DNA of 64,000 nt, taken from contig DASXXC010000248.1 of NCBI GenBank assembly GCA_036503335.1, positions 11,748-75,747 of the forward strand, in the 5' to 3' direction. The notes beneath the pieces are model-generated. The model made no database searches and was not told the DNA's origin. It saw only the letters and a list, made by a program, of their open reading frames with translations. This DNA is from Thermoanaerobaculia bacterium (GTDB lineage: Bacteria; Acidobacteriota; Thermoanaerobaculia; Multivoradales; UBA5704). Every line of letters begins with the position of its first letter. Positions within the stretch are counted from its first letter, which is position 1. Positions 9,097 through 17,615 of the stretch are shown one piece after another. Position numbers and translations under genes: made by a program.

Positions 9097-10479
9097 ATGC
9101 TCGTTGCACCAATTATGCCGCACGTCCTCGCTGTCGACGACGACCCCAATTTCCTCTCCGCCCTCGCCGATCTCGTCGAGGGGCAGGGGTTCACTACCCA
9201 GACGGCGGGCACGCTCCGGGACGCCCGGGTCCTGATCGGCCAGCGGGTCCCCGATATCGCCCTGGTCGACCTCTATCTGCCCGACGGCAAGGGCGCCGAT
9301 CTGCTCACCAGCCAGGCGCTGGGCGTCGCGACCAAGGTCGTCTTCATGACCGGCTACGCCGACGTGGAGAGCGCCGTGGAGGCCCTGCGCCTGGGGGCCA
9401 GCGACTATCTGACCAAGCCGCTCGACATCGGCCGGCTCAAGAACCTCCTGGCCGACCTGGTCAGCGTCCAGCAGGAGGAGTCCCCCGACGCCGAGCCGAT
9501 ATCCGTCCCCCAGGAGCTCGGCCGGCTGGGGCTGCTGCTCGGGGCCTCCCCCCCGATGCAGGAGCTCTACGGGATGATCAACCGGGTGGCGCCCACCGAA
9601 GCCTCGGTCCTCCTGATCGGCGAGAGCGGCACCGGCAAGGATCTCGCCGCGCAGACCCTCCACCTGCTGTCGCGGCGGTCGAAGGCGCCGTTCCTGCCGC
9701 TCAACTGCGGCGCCGTCTCTCCCACGCTGATCGAGAGCGAGCTGTTCGGCCACGAGCCCGGCAGCTTCACGGGCGCCGACCGCCGGCACAAGGGGTATTT
9801 CGAGCGCGCTCATAAGGGCACTCTCTTCCTGGACGAGATCACCGAGATGCCGATCGACCTCCAGGTGAAGCTCCTGCGGGTCCTGGAGACCGGCTCGGTG
9901 ATGCGGATCGGGTCCGACGCGCCGGTGGACGTCGACGTGCGGGTGGTCGCCGCCACCAACCGCGATCCCCACAAGGCGGTGCAGGACGGCAAGATGCGCG
10001 AGGACCTGCTCTACCGGCTGCAGGTCTTCCCCATCCACATGCCCCTCCTGCGCGAGCGCGGCGACGACATCCTCCTGCTCGCCAATCACTTCCTGGACCA
10101 GCTCAACGAGCGGCAGGGGACCGCCAAGCAGTGGACCGAGGACGCGCTCCTGCGGCTGCGCGCCTATCCCTGGCCCGGCAACGTGCGCGAGCTCAAGAAC
10201 GTGGTCCACCGCGCCTTCATCATGGCGGACGACGAGATCGCCGCCCGCTGCCTGCCGCGCGAGGTGAGCGAGGCCGCCGCCAACGGCCTCAACGTCCAGG
10301 TCGGGATCTCGATCGGGGAGATCCGGCGCCGGCTGATCGCGGCGACCCTCGAGGCCTCCGGCGGCGACAAGCGCAAGACCGCGGCCCTCCTGGGCATCAG
10401 CCTCAAGACCCTCTACAACCATCTCAACAGCTCGCAGGAATCGCAGGAACAGGAAGAGGAAGCTCCCGCCACGGCATAA
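9097..10479 (+). CDS. sigma54-dependent response regulator (NtrC family: REC + AAA+ + Fis-type HTH)
   Basis: Receiver domain (LAVDDDP, ALVDLYLPDG), Walker A GESGTGKD, GAFTGA-like GSFTGA, and C-terminal HTH KTAALLGISLKTLYNHL. An alternative start is ATG 9115. No histidine kinase lies adjacent. Confidence 0.9.
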   Translation: MLVAPIMPHVLAVDDDPNFLSALADLVEGQGFTTQTAGTLRDARVLIGQRVPDIALVDLYLPDGKGADLLTSQALGVATKVVFMTGYADVESAVEALRLGASDYLTKPLDIGRLKNLLADLVSVQQEESPDAEPISVPQELGRLGLLLGASPPMQELYGMINRVAPTEASVLLIGESGTGKDLAAQTLHLLSRRSKAPFLPLNCGAVSPTLIESELFGHEPGSFTGADRRHKGYFERAHKGTLFLDEITEMPIDLQVKLLRVLETGSVMRIGSDAPVDVDVRVVAATNRDPHKAVQDGKMREDLLYRLQVFPIHMPLLRERGDDILLLANHFLDQLNERQGTAKQWTEDALLRLRAYPWPGNVRELKNVVHRAFIMADDEIAARCLPREVSEAAANGLNVQVGISIGEIRRRLIAATLEASGGDKRKTAALLGISLKTLYNHLNSSQESQEQEEEAPATA

Positions 10480-10502
10480 AAAAACCGGGCCCGAAGGCCC
10501 GG
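10478..10502 (-). terminator. intrinsic terminator candidate for the FN3-protein gene
   Basis: Hairpin CCGGGCC-CGAA-GGCCCGG (10485-10502). It is followed on the minus strand by a U7 run (plus-strand A7 at 10478-10484). It sits between the two convergent stop codons. Confidence 0.55.
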
Positions 10503-10529
10503 TCAAGGGAGCAAGGGTGGGAGGGACGT

Positions 10530-13500
10530 TCAGCGCACGGTGACCATCATCACCGTGCTGTAGGACGCCTGTCCGAAGGCGTCGACCGCCTTGACCCGGA
10601 AGTAGTACTTGACCCCCTTGGTCAGGCCCGTGATCTTGGCCGTGGTGGTGTTCGCCGGCAGGGTCGCCGCCGTCGCGAAGGTGCTGTTGTTGGTCGACTT
10701 CTCGACCACGAACTGCACCTCGGTCGAGGAGTTGTCCCGCCACTTGACCTGCACCGCGCCGCCGCCGATCCCGGTGGCCGAGGTGATCTGCGGGGCGGTG
10801 GGGGGAGGCGTCCCCGGCGTGCTGGTGCCGGTGGCCACGTTGCTGTAGGCGGAGTAGCCGGACGAATTTTCGGCCCGCACCCGGAAGGAGTAGCTGGCGC
10901 CGGCGGTGAGGCCGGTGATCTGGGCCGTGGTGACGTTCGCGCCGACCGCGTAGACCTCCTTGTAGACGCCGCCGATCAGCTCCTCGATGCGGAACGAGGA
11001 CTCGTTGCTCGAGTTGTCGGTCCAGGTGAGCTGGATCGTGCCGGCCACGCTCCCCCCCCTGGCGGTGAGGCCCGTCGGGGCGGCCGGCACCGGGGACGGC
11101 GGCGGAGTGGCGCTCTGCGTGGTGGCGCTGGCGACGTTGCTGTAGGCCGAGAAGCCGACGGCGTTGGCCGCCGCCACCCGGAAGCTGTAGGTGGTCCCGG
11201 CCGCCAGGCCGCCGATCTGGGTGCTCGTCACGCTGGGACCGAGGACCTGGATCTCCTGATAGGCGCCGTTCACGAGCTGCTGTACGTGGAAGGAGCCCAC
11301 GTTGGTCGAGCTCTCCTGCCAGGTGAGATTGATGGCGCTGGTCGAGGCGGCCTGCGCCGTCAGGGCGGTGGGAGCGGCCGGCGGGGTCGGGATGGCCGGC
11401 GTGGTGGCGGCGGCGACGTTGCTGTAGGCCGAGTAGCCGCCGGTGTTCGCCGCCCGCACCCGGAAGCTGTAGGAGGTCGAGGCCGCCAGGCCGGTGATCT
11501 GGACCGCGGTCGTGCCGGCGGTCAGGCTCTTGATCTCCTGGTAGGAGCCGTTCACGAGCTGCTCCACCCGGAAGGAGTCCTCGTTGGTCGAATTGTCCTG
11601 CCAGGAGAGATTGATCGCGGAGCTCGACGCGGCCTGGGCCGCGAGGGCGCCCGGCGCGTTGGGAGCGCTGGGGACCGGCGGCGGCGGAGCGCCGGCGCCG
11701 TTGGTGAGCAGGGCCACGGCCGGGTGGATGCGGGTCAGGTCCTGCCCCATCAGCTTGCCGAGCGGCACGTTCTCCTTGGCCGCGTCGCCGAGCATGTAGA
11801 TCGTCAGCTTGCGGCCGAAGTCGACCAGCGAGGCGTCGCCGTCCTGCTGGCCGGCGCGGATCAGCACCTCGGCGGCGCCGGTCTTCTCGGGGTCGTAGAG
11901 CTCGCGGTCCGACTCCGCCACGGGGCCCGCCAGCGTGCCGCCCAGGCGGGGGCCCGACCAGGTGTACTGGAGGAGCCGCGCCCAGAGGCCGGAGACCGTG
12001 CCGTCGCCGTAGACCACGGCGTCGAAGTCCTTGTAGGTGTGGGCGATCGACGAGATCACCTGGCTCGGCTTCAGGGCCGGGATGCCGAGCGCGGCGTCGC
12101 CGCTGTCCCGCTGATAGCGGTTCAGGTAGTGCATGTCGTACATGCCGATCGTCCACTGCGAATCGGTGAGGGCAGTCATGCCGGTGGTGCTGGAGGGCAT
12201 CAGGTCGGGGCCGCCCCAGAAGCCGTAGGTGACGCCGTTCTGGACCGGCGCCGCGTAGAGCTGGGTGATCATCCGCGCGAAGTTCAGCCGGAAGTCGTCG
12301 AGGAAGCTGGCGTCGTCGCTGGCCAGGCCCATGAAGCGGAAGATGTACTGCCACTGCTCGCCCACGCGGCCGGTGAGGGTGGCGTTCGGATCGTTGATCG
12401 GATAGTCCGCGGCGCAGGCCGGGCCGTCGGGGCCGTGCGGCGTCACCACCGGATTGGGGCCGCGCTGCGGGCACTCCCAGCGGCGCATGCTGTCGGCGCC
12501 CCGCTGGACGATGTCGATCACCGTCTGGTCGCCGGTCAGCCAGTAGTAGAGGATGAGGTTCTCGAAATAGGCGTGCGAGCTGTTGAAGTCGGTGCGGTAG
12601 GCGCCGTAGCCGGTCGGGGACTGGCCGCAGTAGAACCAGGCCGTGGCCGGGCCGCACTGCATGATCTGGGTGTGCAGGGTGCGCAGGGCGCCCGGGAAGG
12701 CGATCTCGTCGAGCCACTCGACGTCGCCGGTCCGCATCGCCCAGACCTGGGCCGTGCTGGTCGTGTTGTGGTAATCCGTGAAGGCGCTGCACCAGAAGGT
12801 GTCGTCCCAGTGCTCGGTGGGCGTGGGATCGGCGCCGGCGCCGCAGTCCACCTCGCCGTCATAGCCGGCCTCCCCCCAGTAGCGGGGGTAGACGCCGAAG
12901 GTCATCAGGCCGTTGAGGCCGATCGAGTCGACCTTGCTCACCGTGCGGTTGAGCACGTCCGGGACCACGGTGTCATAGGAGGCGAGGTCCGAGGGGAGCG
13001 GGCCCACCGGGAAGTCGTCGACCGCGTCCGAGGAGGCGAGCCACTGCGGCTCCGGCCAGGCCCGGAGCGGCCGGTTGAGCGGCGCCCAGGTGGTGCGATT
13101 CAGGGCGTCGCGGGAGGGGGCGCCCGAGGAGGCCGTCACCGCCAGGGTGGCGAAGAGGCCCTGGTGGTTGGCCAGCCAGGCCTTGTCGTCCACCAGGTCG
13201 ATCGCCAGATGGCCGGTGGCGAGCATCCGCAGGGCCTGCGGCTCATAGCGGTGCATGTGGTTGAGGGCGATCGCCACCGTGCCGGCCGGGCCGCTGGCGG
13301 CGAGCAGGCCGCCGTCCGCCTTGGCGCCGGTGGCCGTGGCGCCCGCCACGTTGAGGTCGAAGACCTGCGGCGCGGTGCGGTTGGCCCGGAGCTGCTGGCG
13401 CACCCAGGCGCTCTGGCCGGCGCCGACCGCGCCGGAGACCGCCGGGGCCGAGAAACCGCCCACGGTGGTGACGGTGGGGGTGCCGCCCAGCGAGACCTGC

Positions 13501-14354
13501 AGGTCGTCCTCCGCCTTGTCGATGCGCACGCCGTTGGTGGTGCCGGAGGCGGTGACGATGCACCCCTCGCAGTCGAGGGTCCCCTCCCAGTTGACCACGT
13601 GGCGGACGATGGCGGTGGGCGAGCCGGCGGTGAAGACGTAGCGCCGCCGCGTGCTCACCTGGCCGCCGCCGATGGCCGGCACGTCGTAGGCCCCCTTGAC
13701 CACCACGATGGCGGTGAGCGGGCCCTGGTGCTCGATCGTCACCGCGCGGGTCGTCGAGTGGCCGTAGGTCGCGCCGCCGGTCTGGAGAGACAGCGCGCTG
13801 CCGCCGATCACCTTCGTGCCGTCGGCGAGGTCGACCTCGTCGAACAGGGCGCCGGGATTGGCGCCGAGGCGGAAGGTGGCGGCGCCGGTGTTGACCGTCA
13901 CCGCGTTGCCGCTCTGGGTCAGGCTGATCCTGGTGATGGGGGCCGGGTTGGCCACCGAGCCGTCGGTGACCAGCCGGTAGGTGGCCGTCTGATTGGCGCC
14001 CACGGTGGCCGGGAAGGTGACGAGCAGCCACTGGATGGGCGCCGTCGTATCGCTCTTGCCGGCGTTCCAGCGCGCCGTCACCTCGAATTCGGCGGGCACC
14101 GGAGAGCCTGAGGAGTCGACGATGGCGAGGCCACCGGTGCCGAGCACGTTCAGGCTGCGCGGCAGCGGCATGCCAGAACGGACGACCTCGCCGCTGCGGG
14201 CCACGCCCGCGGTCTCACGGACGTCGAGGATCAGCTTGGAGGGTACGGACATCGTGGCCGCCGACGCCGCGACGTCGAACAGGCCCGCCAGACCGGCGAT
14301 CAGGGTTGCAAGGACGAAGAAGAAAGAACGGCGCGAGCCCTGCGACAGCGACAT
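10530..14354 (-). CDS. large secreted protein, unassigned N-terminal glycan-enzyme-like region + 4 C-terminal fibronectin type III domains
   Basis: Start set at ATG 14354 (MSLSQGSRRSFFFVLATLIAGLAG signal peptide), 6 nt after AAGGAG. About 900 aa are of unrecognised fold. Four FN3 repeats follow (INLSWQDNS..YSFRV pattern). Confidence 0.85.
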   Translation of the reverse strand: MSLSQGSRRSFFFVLATLIAGLAGLFDVAASAATMSVPSKLILDVRETAGVARSGEVVRSGMPLPRSLNVLGTGGLAIVDSSGSPVPAEFEVTARWNAGKSDTTAPIQWLLVTFPATVGANQTATYRLVTDGSVANPAPITRISLTQSGNAVTVNTGAATFRLGANPGALFDEVDLADGTKVIGGSALSLQTGGATYGHSTTRAVTIEHQGPLTAIVVVKGAYDVPAIGGGQVSTRRRYVFTAGSPTAIVRHVVNWEGTLDCEGCIVTASGTTNGVRIDKAEDDLQVSLGGTPTVTTVGGFSAPAVSGAVGAGQSAWVRQQLRANRTAPQVFDLNVAGATATGAKADGGLLAASGPAGTVAIALNHMHRYEPQALRMLATGHLAIDLVDDKAWLANHQGLFATLAVTASSGAPSRDALNRTTWAPLNRPLRAWPEPQWLASSDAVDDFPVGPLPSDLASYDTVVPDVLNRTVSKVDSIGLNGLMTFGVYPRYWGEAGYDGEVDCGAGADPTPTEHWDDTFWCSAFTDYHNTTSTAQVWAMRTGDVEWLDEIAFPGALRTLHTQIMQCGPATAWFYCGQSPTGYGAYRTDFNSSHAYFENLILYYWLTGDQTVIDIVQRGADSMRRWECPQRGPNPVVTPHGPDGPACAADYPINDPNATLTGRVGEQWQYIFRFMGLASDDASFLDDFRLNFARMITQLYAAPVQNGVTYGFWGGPDLMPSSTTGMTALTDSQWTIGMYDMHYLNRYQRDSGDAALGIPALKPSQVISSIAHTYKDFDAVVYGDGTVSGLWARLLQYTWSGPRLGGTLAGPVAESDRELYDPEKTGAAEVLIRAGQQDGDASLVDFGRKLTIYMLGDAAKENVPLGKLMGQDLTRIHPAVALLTNGAGAPPPPVPSAPNAPGALAAQAASSSAINLSWQDNSTNEDSFRVEQLVNGSYQEIKSLTAGTTAVQITGLAASTSYSFRVRAANTGGYSAYSNVAAATTPAIPTPPAAPTALTAQAASTSAINLTWQESSTNVGSFHVQQLVNGAYQEIQVLGPSVTSTQIGGLAAGTTYSFRVAAANAVGFSAYSNVASATTQSATPPPSPVPAAPTGLTARGGSVAGTIQLTWTDNSSNESSFRIEELIGGVYKEVYAVGANVTTAQITGLTAGASYSFRVRAENSSGYSAYSNVATGTSTPGTPPPTAPQITSATGIGGGAVQVKWRDNSSTEVQFVVEKSTNNSTFATAATLPANTTTAKITGLTKGVKYYFRVKAVDAFGQASYSTVMMVTVR
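10533..11666 (-). repeat. four tandem FN3-coding repeats (~285 nt each) within the CDS
   Basis: Protein repeats of 89, 94, 99 and 96 aa share W-x-D-N/S-S-x-N/T-E..F-x-V/I-E and YxFRVxA motifs. They are separated by Pro-rich linkers. Confidence 0.8.
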
Positions 14355-15004
14355 CGACAGCTCCTTGAAACGGTCCACCACCTGCACATCCACCCGGGTT
14401 GAGATGAAGATCCCCTGTGCGCGGAAAAGTGGACTCATCCACGCGGCGGGGGTGACGAACCGGCCAAGCGGGCGGTTCCGTCGGCGACTCGTTGGAACGG
14501 TGAGCGGTCAGCTCACCCTGATTTATGCAGAGGACGCTATACGGTGCAAGAAAGTAAAGTCAACGTTTTCCGATAGAGAAATTTGTTCAACATACCTTAT
14601 CGGACAACGATTTCCGGAATAAGGACCGTCTGAGAGGCGATTTGTCAAAATTACGCGTACCGGCAGGTCGAAGTCGAGGTTTTATGGGCTGGAGGCATCC
14701 GGGGGTGCTCAGTATCTGAGCACTCGCCGTACCGCCGGTGAGCGGGGATCAACCCGGTTCTTTTTGCAAAAGCGGCGGCCCGGGACGATAGTCTCTTGGT
14801 AATGTCTACTCTGGAGATGCTGGCTGGAAGGGAAAGCGCGCCGCGCCGGCGGACCCCGGTCTCGCCCACGCCTGGATCGAGCGCCAGGGGATTCCGGTGG
14901 GAGAGGCCCGCGACGTGGAGGAGCGCTTCGCGCCGCTCGGGCCGGCACAGGGATGCCGTGAGCAGAGCGCCGGAGCGCGCGGATTCAGGGGGAAGCATCG
15001 CCTT

Positions 15005-15300
15005 ATATAGGGAGCCCCCTCGTACTATATGGACGAGGGGTCTCCCCAAAAAGACGAGGAGTCTCCCAAAAAAGACGACCCCTCTCCCCAAAAAGACGGA
15101 GGCTCGTCCATATAGTACGAGGGGGCTCCCTATATGAACCTGGGGTCTCCCCAAAAAGACGACCCCTCTCCCTAAAAAGACGGAGGCTCGTCCATATGGT
15201 ACGAGGGGTCTCCCTATATGAGCCTGGGGTCTCCCCGAAAGGCGAGGCCTCCTCCAAAAAAGACGGGGAGCTCCCCTGAGAGGACGGGCCCTCTCCCGAA
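15005..15300. repeat. composite intergenic repeat array (33-bp perfect inverted repeat; 84-bp tandem units; phased A-tracts)
   Basis: 15005-15037 is the exact reverse complement of 15103-15135. The block starting at 15061 repeats at 15145 and, decayed, at 15229. A5-6 tracts lie at 15048, 15068, 15090, 15153, 15174 and 15256. Confidence 0.85.
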
Positions 15301-15345
15301 GCGTTGCCGCAGCCGGCCGGACAAGATCTTCTTCTCCCTCACCCC

Positions 15346-15374
15346 TTGACAGGCATTTTCCGTCTTCCTACACT
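15346..15374 (+). promoter_or_regulatory. sigma70-type promoter of groESL
   Basis: TTGACA (15346-15351), a 17-nt spacer, then TACACT (15369-15374). CIRCE follows immediately and the groES start is ~90 nt downstream. Confidence 0.6.
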
Positions 15375-15375
15375 G

Positions 15376-15402
15376 TTAGCAGTCATCGGCGGCGAGTGCT
15401 AA
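15376..15402 (+). promoter_or_regulatory. CIRCE operator (HrcA binding site)
   Basis: TTAGCAGTC-N9-GAGTGCTAA matches the consensus TTAGCACTC-N9-GAGTGCTAA with one mismatch. It is in the canonical position upstream of groES. Confidence 0.85.
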
Positions 15403-15466
15403 CAGCGGCCGCCGTGAGCCCAAATTCCCAAATCGGTCATCGAAGTCATACAAGGAGGTAGAAGCC

Positions 15467-15769
15467 GTGAATATCCGTCCGCTGCACGATCGGGTCCTGG
15501 TGAAGCGCGTCGAGCAGGAAGAGCAGGTCCGTGGGGGCATCATCATTCCGGACACCGCCAAGGAGAAGCCGCAGGAGGCCGAGGTGGTCGCCGTCGGCCC
15601 GGGCAAGCTCAGCGAGGATGGCAAGCGCTCCCCGATGGACGTCAAGGAGGGCGACCGGATCCTCATGGGCAAGTACTCCGGGAGCGAGATCAAGATCGAC
15701 GGCAACGACTACGTGATCCTCCGCGAGGACGAGATCCTGGCCGTCGTCAGCTCGAATGGCAAGAAGTAA
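15467..15769 (+). CDS. groES: co-chaperonin GroES
   Basis: 100 aa with a GTG start: [48 protein letters not shown] lies upstream. Confidence 0.97.
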   Translation: MNIRPLHDRVLVKRVEQEEQVRGGIIIPDTAKEKPQEAEVVAVGPGKLSEDGKRSPMDVKEGDRILMGKYSGSEIKIDGNDYVILREDEILAVVSSNGKK

Positions 15770-15794
15770 GCACTCCTATCCAGGTTATTCATAG

Positions 15795-17456
<1,662 letters not shown>

Positions 17457-17499
17457 GACGAATTTCCTGACGGCTCCGGCCGTCGGTACAAATAAGAAA

Positions 17500-17535
17500 G
17501 GCCGGTCCGCGCGAGCGGGCCGGCCTCGTTGTTTT
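17500..17535 (+). terminator. intrinsic terminator of groESL
   Basis: An 11-bp GC stem GGCCGGTCCGC-GCGA-GCGGGCCGGCC (one G.U pair) is followed by TCGTTGTTTT. Confidence 0.8.
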
Positions 17536-17615
17536 CAGGTACAATCCGCTCCTCTGACAATCCAGGGGCCACGTACTCAAGAGCTGAGAGACCCTCAGCC
17601 AAGGGGTAGATCATC

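Noticed and set aside
6812-9235. ORF 6812..9235 (+, 807 aa) antisense to the GH42-like lipoprotein gene
   Set aside because: It is a low-complexity shadow frame spanning two real genes and an intergenic region. It has no signal peptide or domain features.
9055-14111. ORFs 9055..12792 (-, 1245 aa) and 10131..14111 (+, 1326 aa)
   Set aside because: Both run across the convergent regulator/FN3 gene pair and the terminator hairpin between them. Their composition is Arg/Gly/Pro-dominated. The accepted frames carry NtrC and FN3 motifs.
14355-14700. Sigma54 promoter for the FN3-protein gene, expected because of the adjacent enhancer-binding regulator
   Set aside because: I scanned by eye for WGCAA-N5-GTGCCA on the plus strand, which is TGGCAC-N5-TTGCW on the minus strand, and found no match. 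The nearest GG/GC pairs have the wrong spacing. A PWM scan would be more reliable.
14705-14723. Second CIRCE-like element (GTGCTCAG-TAT-CTGAGCAC)
   Set aside because: The arms resemble CIRCE half-sites but are in the opposite relative orientation. The spacer is 3 nt instead of 9 nt. The site is ~650 bp from the groESL promoter.
15005-15135. Calling the 33-bp inverted-repeat unit a MITE (mobile_element feature)
   Set aside because: No target-site duplication can be identified, no second copy exists in this window, and the right arm is part of an 84-bp tandem duplication. It is left as a hypothesis in the findings rather than a feature.
14651-15257. ORFs 14651..15154 (-), 14796..15137 (+) and 15003..15257 (-) over the 15-kb array
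   Set aside because: They are products of stop-free repeats, with repetitive Arg/Pro/Leu peptides. They lie on both strands over the same DNA and none has an RBS.
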